Positions 10,749 to 23,839 of a stretch of 63,923 nucleotides of DNA are shown one piece after another (positions within the stretch are counted from its first letter, which is position 1; the number at the start of each line of letters is the position of its first letter). This DNA is from Klebsormidium nitens (taxonomy: Eukaryota; Plantae; Klebsormidiophyceae): assembly GCA_000708835.1 (NCBI GenBank), contig DF237472.1:1-63923 (forward strand), in the 5' to 3' direction. The notes beneath the pieces are model-generated. The model searched no databases, had not been told where the DNA came from, and saw only the letters and a program-made list of their open reading frames with translations. A program made the position numbers and the translations under genes.

Positions 10749-13700
10749 ATGGAAAAGGCCGCCCGGCGTACCAATGTGAAAACCCCGGAGGCCTCCTCCG
10801 ATGAAGTCAAGGGGGCAGCTCGGTTGCCATCTCTGCGGGGGCCCTCTAGAGAGAGGGTTTATTGCCGACGAGTGGGGTTCCTGCTCGTGTTTACCCTCTT
10901 CACTCTGTTCAGTTACTATGTGGCTGTTGTGAAGTTGCATCCACCTCTCCAGGTAACATATCAATCCTTCACCGGTTTGGGGCGAACGCCTGCTCAGAGT
11001 GCGGGGGTTGACACCATTTTTGCAGATCTGAGATCTGATGCCATGCGGGCGCCTCTGCCTGTTTCATCAATGCACCACTTATATTGCTACAGCTCGTTTG
11101 CGTGCATGACAATCTCACCACCCTGGCTATGCTGAAGTGCAGTGAAAGGTTGCCTGCTTCATAAGGCCCCATCTGTTGTCGTCGCACCCAAAAGACAGTG
11201 GCGGATCACATTCTTTACATTGAAAAGTTGGTTTTGCAACGTCCTCTCAAAAGAAGGTGCCACAAGCTTTGTGGTGCACCTAATGCAGAAACACCTCGAT
11301 CGCTTGAAACAGTCGATTGGACAAGCACCGGTCGCTTCCGTGTTGAGCTCATGAAGGCCCGGTTGCTTCCTTCCAGGCTGAGGCCTTCTATGCAGGAATG
11401 CATTGGACAGTTGGATAGGGCGTCTCTCGTTGGAATTGCCGTGGTTCAATAACAAAATCACATGTAGCAGGTCTCGTCCTCGCAAATGGCCTGTTTCAGC
11501 TGACTACGGACTTCTCCGATGTGACAGGGAGACTACATCTCCAAATTTTCCATCTTCCCGCACGCAAAGCGCCTCTCTCGGCAGCAGTCCCGCGACGGCA
11601 CTCAGGAGTCCAGCGATCCTGTCACGCTGTCCTCAGCGGATTGGAGTGCTGGCGACTTCACAAACTGGTTCTTCAGCAAACAGTTGGACAGTAAGAGTAA
11701 GTCGGACTCAGCAAAGTCAGATGAGAAGCAACTAGATAGGGACAGTGGTGGCAGCGGAGATGAAGAGGCGTCACAGAACGGGGATCTCTGGCAAGGGGCT
11801 GGCGAACTAGGCGCGCGGGCGAGCACGCAGACGGAGGCTGGGGATGACACCCTTCGGTTGCAGGGGCGGGAAATGGAGTCGGAACGGGGTTTGTCAGAAA
11901 GTGCGCAGAGGAGCGCAGGAGACGAGCCCGATGCGGAGTCGGGTGTAAAAGGGGAGCCTTCGAGCACTAAAGCGGCAAGCAAGAATGTTTCGTTTGGGGC
12001 GGCGGGCACAGACGTGGCGCTGACGTCAGCGCCGCTGCTCCGGGGGGGCAGCCGAAATGAGAGCACCCCGGTACTGAAGAAAGTGGTGGCGGAGCTGCGA
12101 AAGCAGGCGGAGGCCAATAAGCTATTGGCGGCGACGGTCAAGCTGCCGGAGGAGTTGCACGGGGCGACAGCGAACGCTGTAAGCTCTGGGGAAGAAGCTA
12201 GTAACGAGAGTGGGGAGAAGGGAAAAGCTGCAGAATTGGGGACAGGGGATGATGAGGATGAAGAGAGCGAGGGAGGGGCTGATGCACGGGGAGGGGCAGC
12301 GGCGGCAAAGCCGAGGAAAAAGAAAGGGGTGAGGATCTGCTTTCTTTCTGAATGGGGTTGAAGAAAGTAAGAATTTCTGGGACCGGGGTTGGGGATGCTT
12401 TTGGAAGGGGTGACATGGCTGGCTTTTCTTGCTTCAGCAAAAAATGCCTGGTCTTGGTATCGGTTGACCAATCAATAGCTGCGAAAGCCCCTGGTGAAAC
12501 CCCAAAACTTGCTACATCAGTACTTCTATCACTATCCTCGGTCTTGGTCCTAGAATGACTGATCCTCCTTGACTCTGCTCTGTCTGACAACAAGGGAGAG
12601 TAGATTGGTCATGCAGGATTCTCCGTGTGGTTGTATCCAATGGTTGTTGTTGTGGCCGAAACCAACGTGCATCAAAGCCCGCTCGATATTAGAGCGCCAC
12701 TGCATTCGGAGCATCAGTCATTGATAGTGTTGTCCAAAAGAGCTTGGTTTGAGAGACAACTGGACATGCCCTTATTGAAGGCGGTTGCAATGCTGCATTT
12801 GACATGCCCAGGGTTGCGTGCTGCTCTGAAATTTTTCTGATGAAGCATCATTGGTGCAAACATGGGGTATTACTGCTGCCCATAACCACGTGGATGCTGC
12901 AAATGAGCCACGTCTATGTTGTGCCTGTCTGCTTGCTTGGATCATTGAGGAATGAAGGAATCTGGCCGTCTTTGCTTCTACTCGTCCCCCGCTTGAATAC
13001 TCAAACAACGTCCTCTGGACACCTGGACAACGTCATCAAGACTCCAAGTGACTAGTCTTTTACAGCTCTATCAGAGTGTAGACAAAGAATTGATTCAGCT
13101 TTGGACCTGGCCACTATAGGAGGTCCCGCTCAAAGGAGAAACGCATAGTACTTTGAATCTGAAGAAAACCCGCAGTTTTCTGAAAGCTGATCGAAACCCT
13201 TGTCCCATGCAGAAGAAGTTCAACTCCCTGCCGGAGATCTGGAACCCGATCTCAGACGAGGGATACCACCAGTGTGTTGAAAGGGGAACAGACTGGCCAG
13301 GTATGTCTATAGAATCTCGCCTCTTTTGAAACCTCTCACTTGTCTCATATCGAGTTCTGGACAATCCTTTGCTGTTCGCGAATTCCTCTAATCTCGAACG
13401 AGTCGGAATCCTGGATCCAAGCACGCATGTAATGGAATCAAATTTTGGTAAAGATGCTGTCTTCTTCCAGGGCGTAATGACAAACATGAGATTGTAGCGG
13501 CGATAAGGCATTGCTTGGATTCTCTGAAGTTCCAGAGGACAGTGTTAACAGGTTATTTTAACCAAAGCTTTGTTTGTCTTCTAATATTGAATCTTGGGTC
13601 CAGCAAGCTGCTGCCCAAAGAGGCCACTGGTGCGGTGGTCTGTTGAGACCGTTGAACGTTTTTGCTGGAATGAACTCAAACCCGTTGTCCTCCTTCTATT

Positions 13701-16700
13701 TGCAGCGCCTCCAAAGGTCGAGGGGCGCGGATACTTTTACCCTGGCTTGGACGGGGGCCTCTCTCAACAGATATTTGAGGTGCGCATCTGCCACCTGTCA
13801 AAAATGTTGCTTGCCCTCTTTGTCGTGCTTTCCGCTTCTTGACCAACTGGGCCAAGAGATCCGACAACGCACGAGGACTGAAAGCCCGCTTTTGCTGTGA
13901 GGCCATCTTTGCTGATTGCCTGTTAGTCTCTACGGGCCAACACAAGATAGCCCAGTACATTGCCGTGTCTAGCTACTGCAAGATGGAAAAGTGTATGTAG
14001 GAGCATTCATCCCCAGTAAATAACCTCCTTTGAAAACGCGTAATTGCACCAGACGCCTATGTGAGCTGAAAGGACATCCTATCAATCTCTGTCGGATCGC
14101 CGTGCACAAACGTCCTGATCTGGCAACACAAATCCAGCGGCCGTGCTTGCCAAATCAAAACGGTGTTCTCATTTGCAAGAGCGCTCATGATTCTCCAACG
14201 TCTATTTCCACGTTTTTCCATTGGGATAGGTCTGTGTGCCCTCTGACGAAAATAGGATTCTGTGATTCTCCACCTTGTGCCGACACGTCCGTTTTCGCTT
14301 GCAATCAGTACCACACATTCGCACACAGCTGAGTCCGCGACCTTGACCTTTTTACGCTCTGCATCTCCGCACCCACCCCGAGCCCCGACCAGATTGATCC
14401 TTCCTGTGTGCATTCATCTTACCAGATGTAAGCACACTTTCTCAGGAAAGCATCTCTATCCTAATCACTTTCCTTAGAGAGAGACCAAAAACCATAACCC
14501 GCGTAGTGCAAGCCAGGGGCTGTCATTCATTAGTAAGGCCGATCGCGCTCTGAGCCTGCACGAGCTTTCAACTGACTAACTGTAAGCACAGTCCAACGTC
14601 AGATCGACACTTGTTCTGTACTTTCTGCAGATTACCAACTCGGTAGCCGTGGCCCGGATACTCAACGTAACGTTAGTGATTCCGCAGCTAGGCCTAGACC
14701 CGTACTGGAAGGACGGAAGGTACGTACCGCTTCCCACTCCTTCCCCTTATCTTAGTCGGCTTCATCTCCTGAAATCTGTTCTGCGTGTTGCGTTTCTCAG
14801 TCTCTCTGCCAGCTGTGATCCAATTTGTCTGCGAGTGGCCCAGCTGTCTTTAGGCCTTTGCTATAACCGCAGCAACGCTTCGACCATTCTTGACCCGGAT
14901 TACTTTCGCTAGTCACTTGCGTCCCCCAGTCGTCAATCAACTGGTCCAGAAAGTCCCCGCTCTAGTTTCTTTAGAAATCAAACATCCCAAGTCCTTTCTC
15001 CTCCATGCAGCAACTTCACGACCATTTTTGACATAGACCAGTTTCGCTGCAGACTTTACTTTCCTACTTCTGACTCAAGTGGTCTAGAAAAAGTCCCGCT
15101 CTAGTTCTGTCAGAACATCAATCATCCCCAGTCCTTTCCCCTGCGTGCAGCAACTTCATGACCATTTTTGACCTGGACCATTTTCGCTGGTAACTTTCGT
15201 CCCCCACTTGTCATCCAACTGATCCAAAGTATCTCGCTCTAGTTTCTTCTACCATCCCCAGTCTTTTCTCCTCCGTGCAGCAATTTCACTACCATTTTTG
15301 ACCTGGACCACTTCCGTCGGACCCTTGCTGACGACATTCGGGTTGTCACCGTATCCGAGCTGCCGGATCGCGAGGAGATGCGCAACGAGTACTTTTGGAA
15401 GATCATCGACCGGATACCCTACGGGCGAGAGGACCAGTACGTCAGCAAGTTTTACGATTCGTTTGCACCGGATCAGGTGAGCTTAAACCCCTTCGAATCG
15501 AAGAAAGATTCTAGTTGTGCAGTCTTTCCAGGCACCGCAGAATCTGGGAATCCCAGGTGCCTTAAGGAATGAGTACTACCGGCAGATTGACCAGAGAGCC
15601 TACGTTCACACGTCGGCGGACTTTCACGACGCGCTCTCGACGAACACGCAGAACCCCGACCTTAAAAAGTACCTGCTCCGCATTCTTACCCCCAAACTAA
15701 CCCTAAAAAGTAGTTGCTCCGTATCGTGATCCCCAAACTAACCTCCCCCGTTCCAAAGCGCTTTCCTAATTCCTAACCCAGTTATGTCATCTTTCTTGGG
15801 TACGAAGCAGCACCTCTAAGCGGGAGGATTAGCCTGCTGAAATCAAAAAATTTTGTTACGTGAACGAAACCCTTGCGGTGTTATGACCCCCTTCCGGGTG
15901 TCAGTACGTCTCGTGCATCTTCGGAGACGTACACTTCTTGTGCAGTGCCATACTTGTTACCACTTGCGTGCCGAAAAAGTGGTTCGTCGGCACCATTTCC
16001 CGTGGGTACCTCCGTAAAGCACCTGTCGATGTGCTTTTCTTTGACTTTTAACCCGTTTTGTGTCTCTGCTAAAAGATCTCCTCCGCCAGCTTACTCCCCT
16101 TACCTGAATCTCTCCCCATCACAGCTTACCAAGTCGTACAGCTTCTTCAGCGCGCTCGACATTTATCTCTGCCCTTCCTCGAGTAAGCCCCGCTGATCCT
16201 CTTGCCCTCCGATCCTTGGTGCGAGTATACTTTAGACCGTTTTCATACCCGCCATTGCAGGTTACCAAGTCGTACAGCTTCTCCACGGCGCTCGACGTCT
16301 ACCTCCGCCCCCCCGTTCGAGACGCTCTGGAGACCCCATCGTACTAGAGCTTTCTTCTTGCATAACTTGGTGAACTCCGCTTGCAGGTTACGGAGTCGAA
16401 CAGCTCTTCACGGCGCTCGACGTCTACCTCCGCCCCCTCCTCGAGAAGCTGCGCTCGCCCCTCTTACAACCTGCATATTCTTTTTGCATGGCGTGTTTAT
16501 GTTCTTAGACCGCCTTTAATCGTGAATTGTTCCCCTACCAGGTTACCAAGTCGTACAGCTTCTTCACGGCGCTCGACGTCTACCTCCGCCCCCCCCTCGA
16601 GAAGCTGCGCTGCCGCGCCAAGTACCAGGCCCTCAAGTTCCACCCCCATATTGTCTCCACCGCGCAGCGCCTCGTCGCGCGCATGCGCGAGAAGGCCAAG

Positions 16701-19266
16701 GGGCCGTTTCTGGCCCTCCACCTCCGGTTCGAAACGGACATGGTCATGTATTCCGCCCGGTGTGAATACGGGATCAACGAACCGGAGGAGATCAAGTACT
16801 GGGACGAGCAGCGGGAGGTGCGAGGGTGGCCGAAACCGGAGCCGGATGACGTCATGCGGGGTCAGGGCCGGTGCCCGGCCACGCCGGGCGAGGTCGGGCG
16901 GTGGCTGCAGGCGATGGGTTTTAATGAATCGACGCAGGTGATTTGACACTTTCATTTTGTCCTGTCACGTTTGTCTTTTCAGTGTAGTGAGAGTGTCGAG
17001 TCTGTCAGAAGCAGTTTCTGGCGATGCCAGGGGAGGTCGGGCGGTTGCTGCAGGCAATGGGTTTCAACGAGTCTCGCCGGTGACTTGACACCAGCGAGTT
17101 TCTTTGGTTTGTCATGCCTCTGTGGTTCAGCGATTGTGCCAACTATTTTCAGAAGCGCGGTCCGGCAACATTGGGGGAGGTTGCAGGCGATGTACGCACC
17201 AAGTTCATTGAATTGAGTTGACACCGATTTGCTCGTTTGAATCAGAAGGTGTCGGTCTCATGAAAGTATGTGCCAAGTCTTTTCTGGTATCGTATTTGGG
17301 GTCGATGGGATGCCCAGAGGTGGCTTTGAGCTTGGAAGTTCGGCGTTTAGTTGATCATTTAGAGTTTGCTCTTGTCTTTTCGTGCAAGAGTCTGCGAGCA
17401 GCACCTGGTACCCAAACATTTGCTACTGGATCAGAGTTGACACCGAGTCGTGTCTCATAGACATGTGACGGTATCAAGTTTGCCCAAGTGACACGTTTTT
17501 GTGATATGGAGTTTTGACACACTTTTTCTCTTTTTGGATTTTCAAAACGAATTTGTGGGCTATTTTTTGCAGGTATACCTTGCGTCCGGGGCGATCTACC
17601 ACGAAGACGTGTTCATGCCTGACTTCATGGACATGTTTCCGAACACCGTCAGAAAGGTGGGCTCTTCTTGCCAGTATTTCAGGGGTATAAGCTCCAGCAG
17701 ATGGTGCCTTCAAGCTTCAGTAACTGTTCACGTCTCTGATTGTCACATGCATTAAATCTAGCGTCAAGATTTTGCGCTGAGGATCGTTCGACCAAGGAAC
17801 AAAGAGACCTGGCAGTGTTCCGGCGGTGACGAGAATGGACAAAGGATGTCAGGATTCCTTTTGAACGGGCTCGACCCAGGCAGACGGTTCGTCCAATCAA
17901 AGCAGGGCCACACGAAGTTGCGAGGCTCAGAGAACTACTTAATTTTGCAGCCTGTGTTATAGAAATGCGTGGTTCTTCTCTTGTGGCAAATTGCACAGTC
18001 GCCCAATCGTAATATACGTGATTGTCTTCTTGGACAGATTGTCTGCAAGCGAGTAATAAAAGAGGACGTGCGACGACCCACTTCCGAATGCTCGCAGGAG
18101 GACCCTGTTTACCCAGACGTTGTGCTCTTGAGAGTATCGTTCCTTACTTTCATTAGGTCCTTACTTTTTGTCAGGTCTCAAACTTGATTCTGTGAGAACT
18201 GGCGTGATTACTTTTTGATTCTTTGATAACCCGTTTTCCGCCTGCTTCCAAAAGGACCTCTTCACGCCGGAGGAGGTCCAGATAGGTTTCTGTTTAACTT
18301 GAACCCTATTTGATAACCCATTTCCCGCCTGCTTCCAGGAGGACCTCTTCACGCCGGAGGAGGTCCAGATAAGTTTCTGTTTAATGTGAATCCGTTTCGA
18401 TATTCCGTTTTTCGTCCGCTGCCAGGAGGACCTCTTCACGCCGGAGGAGGCCGCTCTTCTGAAGGGCAAGAACAACATCCTAGCGGGGATCGACTTCGAG
18501 GTGCTGGTGAACGCTGACGTCACGGCGCTGACGTTCCACGGCATGATGAAGTCATCAATTTCAGGTGCGTTGACTTGTAAATGATTCCCCGTCATTGTGA
18601 CAGGTGAAAAACTGACGTCATCAAGACGTCGTGTGCTGAGCTTTTGAAAGTCTTAAGGGCGGTGGTTCCCGTAGCGAATGTGCTGAAAAGCTGTTTGAAG
18701 CTCTTCGATCAGTGCTCTGCAGTGCGCAGAACAAAGGCGACCTCGGTCGACTGACCGTGCTCGTAGATCTTAAGATCGTTTGAGAGTTCGCTTTCGGATT
18801 TGAATGTTGGGTCTACTCACTGGTCCTTACACAAAGTTGACAGAGCAAATGCAAATCAAACAGCCTGCTACGTCGATCATCTTTCCCTGTGAACCCTTTT
18901 AGCACAGCCAGGAAATTACGCAGGGAACAAACAAGTTTTGATCAGGCAAGTCCTGTCTTTGTCGATTCATGGACTTGCTCGCACGCTTGCCAATCCAATT
19001 AGCCCTTGCCATCTGCATACACATTCCTAATTGCTGAGGAATAGTCTCTTAACCACCTTGCAGGTCATAGGAATTGGCTCGGCTTCAAGAGGACGTTGAC
19101 GTACCCGTTATGGGAAAGTGCGAGATTGCGGACTCTCGCCTGGAAGGAGTTCAAGACTCTAGCCAAGAAAGCTACGATTTACGGGCAGCCCCTGCAACGC
19201 AGTGGGGTGGAAGTTATGGGCAATCCGGTGCCAGAGTGTATGTGTCAAGAACAAACAAACGCGTAA
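10749..19266 (+). CDS. O-fucosyltransferase family (plant GT106/RRT-like) paralog 2, ~757 aa, 10 exons, long acidic low-complexity stem
   Basis: Exons 10749-10952, 11528-12328, 13213-13300, 13706-13779, 14631-14719, 15281-15476, 16542-16937, 17573-17656, 18426-18564, 19064-19266; phase-compatible. TM anchor RRVGFLLVFTLFTLFSYYVAVV. Motifs: EIWNPISDEGYHQC, GYFYPGLDGGLSQQIFEITNSVAVARILNVTLVIP, FTTIFDLDHF, EKLRCRAKYQALKF, FLALHLRFETDMV, RCPATPGEV, VYLASG, GIDFEVL, GHRNWLGFKRT, GNPVPECMC. Confidence 0.92.
14860..18450 (+). repeat. Exon-echo arrays in O-fucosyltransferase 2 (exons 6, 7, 9)
   Basis: Exon 6 start copies at 14873, 15011, 15151 (real 15281), with a 3'-half echo at ~15560-15650. Exon 7 start copies at 16125, 16261, 16387 (real 16542), with 3' echoes at ~17020-17085 and ~17170. 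Exon 9 start copies at 18252, 18339 (real 18426; 87-bp period). Confidence 0.9.
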
Positions 19267-20978
19267 CGACGAATGTAAACTAATAAAAACATAGACCATT
19301 AAGGATCATTTGAACGCTCGCCATTTAGCCGAGGTGTACCGGTCGCGCGCATGTGACCACTTGAACAAGTCGCTTATAGCATCCCTTGAACACGATTGTT
19401 GAGTCCCAACCAGAGCGTTTGGCCCGTGTCAGTGTCTTTGCAGAGCCTGCTGCATTTTTAAGTGTTTGAATTCCAGTCTCAGAGCCGAGGCCGGTCAAGA
19501 AAGGCATTGAAAGATCGAGGGAATCATCATGGCATGTCAGCCTGTGCTCGGGTCGTCGTCAAAGTGATTCGATCGATTCATGCAGACTCGAGGGGGTCAC
19601 CATGCGCATCGTTGAATGCTTGCGCAGTGAGTAGACGGTACATACAGGGCCAGGCTCGGCAGACCGTACTTTTCGTTCATGCCTTTCGATCGCGTGGCTG
19701 CCCATGCAACGTACCAACAGCTGTACTGGATTTTCAAAACTTAGAAACTAATTACTCAATTCAACAGATTCCAGCACTAGCTGCGCTAGTAGGACCGCGG
19801 TCCGATTTGCGGCGCTGCTACAACTTGGCAAGGAATGGATTCACATTATAAGCTTTTTGGTTACATCATTGCCAGAGCCACGCTGGCCCCAGCATAATCT
19901 ATTGTTACAACGCGCCGTCATATATGTATGTATTGTTCAAAGCTATGCTGGCACCGCTTATCTTATACTGATACGATCGAAGTTACCATACAATCGCGGT
20001 TCTGGGTTCAGCCTGTGAGTCGTGCGAGGGCCCAGTACGCAATCAGCATCCAGACCGTACCCATGAGTACAAACTTCCACATGAGTAGTAAGTCGTTAAT
20101 TGATTCGCTCTCACTCAGACCGGACCGTCTGCATGTAGCTCAAGCTCCTCCTGAAACGAATCCGACGAGGGCGCATGCACTAGCTTGTGATGTGATATAT
20201 GCATATATGGCCCAGTGGATAAGCAAGTTAAGCACGATTTAGTGCCCGGCACTGGATCAAGAGTTGAATAAAGGGTAAGCGAATGATTGAACCGGCTTAC
20301 AGGACGAAGTAAACACAGTCTGCACGATTCAACGAATCATCCCCGTTCAGCTTTCTTGGTAAATCTATTCCAGACCGTCTTTGTATGTCGGTCTGGGTAC
20401 CATTGTGCTGCGCGTCTTCTCCTTGGCATTCAATGGACATGTCCAAAAGGAGAGTTGCTTTGCAGATGGTGGCAACGAACATTAGTGCCCGGGTGCTTCA
20501 ACTCAAATGCAGGTATGGAGCTCTATAAACGCAATTCTGTCAGGACTCCTAGCATTTAAAGGCAGAAAGTTTGGGAGAAAGATGTGCATTGAAAGGCTAG
20601 CTGAACTGTGTATATGCAACATTATAAAGCGCAAGTCAACACCAAAAGTCTTATGATACATATTTTACAGTACACGAAAGCCGAGCTTGCAGACTAATTG
20701 CCTGCACAGGGACAAGAAAGAGAGGGTCCGGGTTAACTTGACAAGGAAGATCCAGTGAGGAGCATGGACTTGCAGTCGGTTGAGAAGTGAAGGCCAGTGG
20801 ACCTCAAAATCTAGCACTCGCGCAAAGGCACAGAGCAAAAGGGCCACTCACTTTCGTATGAAAGGATGAGGCTGGAATGAATGCTAGTCAGAACGTAGAC
20901 AACGCTTGGAAACATGCAAGCAGGGACTAGCGCCGAACAGCAGGGTGTCAAGCTCGTTTCATGCAGCAGACGCCATAC

Positions 20979-22102
20979 CTAGTAGTTTCCACCCATCCCC
21001 CCCTGGTTGCCTCCAAACAGTTTCTTCTCCCCTGCGTTGACTGCAGCCCTCTCAATCCCCCCCACAATGCCACCCCCTCCCTGATTCTCCCCTCCCATCA
21101 TTCCCCCCCCTCCCATACCCCCCTGGCCCATTCCTCCTCCCATGCCCCCCCCCATTCCTTCCTGTCCCATACCCCCCCCCCATGCCCCCCTGGTTAAACT
21201 CCCCCCCCATGCCACCCTGACGGCCCATTTCTTCACCCATTCCCTGCCCCATTCCCCCGTTCATTCCTTGCCCCATTCCTCCTTCCATGCCCCCCTGCTG
21301 ATCTGTTCCACCCCCCATTCCCTGACCCATTCCACCCATTCCCCCCTGATCCATGCCCCCTCCCATCGTGCCCCCCTCCATGTTAGAGCCAGTGCCCACC
21401 CCCCCGGCATTGTCATAACCTGGACAGGGTTGAATGTGACACGTGAATCCACTAATACACTGAGCCTAATTCTCTGCATTTATGCTCACGATTTCAACCT
21501 CACAACCGAGGTCCTTGCATGGAGCAGAATATTTCACACATTGAATGTTAGTTCTAATTGTCAAGCAGTTTGGGCAATACCAATTTCAGAAAGCAGCTGT
21601 CGGACATGACACCGCTCTTCGACCCAATACTGAGCAATTCCAACCAGCTTTCCTAGTTTTCGGCTATGTCATTAGAATGCACTGAGTAGCTTCCAGCATT
21701 GGAATCACTTGCGAGCTGTGAGAAACATCGACCCAACTTGATTCAAGTAGGAGTTTATCAGCTCTCCATTTGGCTTTAATAGTACATCTCTTTGTCTTGT
21801 CATTCCGGGTTTGTATCATCATGGAATCCCAATTGAACATCTCGTGTTTCATTCGAGTTGAATTGCAGATGCCGATCCAAGCTCCGCAGTGATTGAAAGA
21901 GAGAACCTTTCATGGAGAGAGAGAACTATAAATGGACAACTTATGGTCCTTTCGAATTGACAGATGATCCAAGCTCAGCAATTCATCGAACAAGCAATTG
22001 CATGGCATCCCACTGGCATACATTGTGCACAGCTTGAATTTGGAGTTTCTCACCTTGGTCGGCGCTGCTGCCTCCCTTCAGGACCTGCTTGAGCTTGTTC
22101 AT
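20979..22102 (-). CDS. Small Gly/Met/Gln-rich low-complexity protein (~162 aa), 2 coding exons, apparent +1 frameshift in a G10 run
   Basis: Exon 22102-22054 MNKLKQVLKGGSSADQ-G|GTGAG; exon 21419-20979 YDNAGGVG...(GGMGQGM)n...GGIVGGIERAAVNAGEKKLFGGNQGGMGGNY*. The total of 490 nt is 3n+1, and removing one C from the C10 at 21172-21181 gives a continuous GGM-repeat frame. Confidence 0.7.
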
Positions 22103-23839
22103 CTTCAATCTGAGGTGTAAGAATATTGTAAGTGCTGTACTGGGATGCTTGATGGACGCAAGTATGCTCTTGATACTATGATAGGTCAAACAGTGGAACA
22201 AAGGCGCCGAGCTGGTAATCACGGCTTGTTGAGTTGTGGTTCCAATGGGCAAGTGCGCTGCTGTAGCTGGATGTTTGGCAATTCCAGCGCTGCTGAAAAC
22301 GATTGCAAGATAGTTGGATCACCCAGTCTGCAATGCTGTGGAATGTGTTCGCATTCAGCTACGAAAATGCATTCCCTTTTCTCGAAACAACTTTTAGCGT
22401 CCAGTCAAAGTAGTCCTAATAACCCAGGACACATAGGTCCTATTTCTCAAACTTCAAAGCAGTCGCATCATGAGGGGCACCAAACATCTGACATCAAGCT
22501 CATGATTACTGATCCAGGATTCAGTGCGGCGAATGGTTGATACCTACATATGCCGAGCCAGCTTGAGTTGGAGACGTGACTCATAACACTAAGCTCGGCC
22601 TGACGTTAGCCGCAAGCATCGTCTAGGCCACTTGTCATTTTTGCAGATCGACAGCTTCGCTTGCGTGTGTCACAAATGCAGTCTCAATATGTACACTTGG
22701 GCAAATCTCGCGCGGGGCACTCCCTGTTCTCGTAACATAGACACATAGGGGGGTCCTGAGAATGCCTTTCCAAGCCCCCTGAACTCCCTTGTTTCACCTG
22801 CCAACGAAGCCCTTCATCTGGACGGTCAGGATACACAAAGAGAAAATGTTTCGACGGCTTAGAAGTTACTATACTCTACTTGCGCGCGCAAGTTCTTTAT
22901 CAGCTGGTAATGGTCGTATAAACTTTGGATGAAGTCATGTACACCGTACTTTGTAACCAGCGTACATATTTCTAAAGGGTGCGGTACTTCCGGTGTAAAA
23001 TTCACAGGATTACGCACGGTCTGAGACCGTCGTAGTCAGCCAACTCAAGTGATACACTACTAGGTTTGAGTTTCGCCCAGGTCACCCGTGCTTATTGTGC
23101 CTTTTAGAGAATATACCTGCAGAAGGACTGTAGAACAGGTTAATCACTAGGACGTATGTGTTTCTGTAGATATATACCGGATATGAGGTTGGAGGCACAC
23201 AAGCTCGCGTTAGGAGCTGCATGTGACTGCAAGATCTTCGGTACCAACTCTTTTGAGTTTGCAACCATCTGACTGGCACACAATCAAGTACAGTCTAGTA
23301 AAGAGCTGCTGATTCGGGGAGCCTGGAGGGTGGATCAGGCTATCAGTCTAAGCATGTGACCGCTATGCGTGCAAGCCTGGCGTAATATTGTACGGATGTG
23401 ACTGACAAAGTAGGAATCTGTACGATCAAAGCAATGGAACTTGAAAGTTACCTGGACCAATGTGCAGGAACAGACTACGATGACTCACATTTGAACATCA
23501 GGCGTGTCTACCAAATGCTGGGTTTAACCTGGGTCGTTACGAGAGACTCAAATATCGGCATTTGTGCACTCGAAAGGAGCGTGATATTTCCGCAATAGCA
23601 AGTCCCGTGGTTTGGGCGTGGTTTGGTGCGACTGCGTTTGTTACATTAAAGCAGTCGCGAAGGAGCGTCTTATGCGGTACTTCGGAGTCTGAGTGTACAT
23701 ATTCATGAAATGCGTTTGAGAATCTAGTATAAGGAGGATTTTGGCTTCTCAATCATGAGCAAGAGGAGCCCTTGTTGCAACCTTTGAGATTAACTACAAC
23801 CCTCACACGAGGGCGTCACTCCCAGGCCACACCGCAACA

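Noticed and set aside
8195-12471. Long ORFs 8195..8872(+) and 11602..12471(-)
   Set aside because: Antisense shadows of GC-rich coding exons of the two O-fucosyltransferases.
15690-15780. CTAACCCTAA-like motifs as interstitial telomere
   Set aside because: Only 1-2 imperfect units within generally C/A-rich intron sequence.
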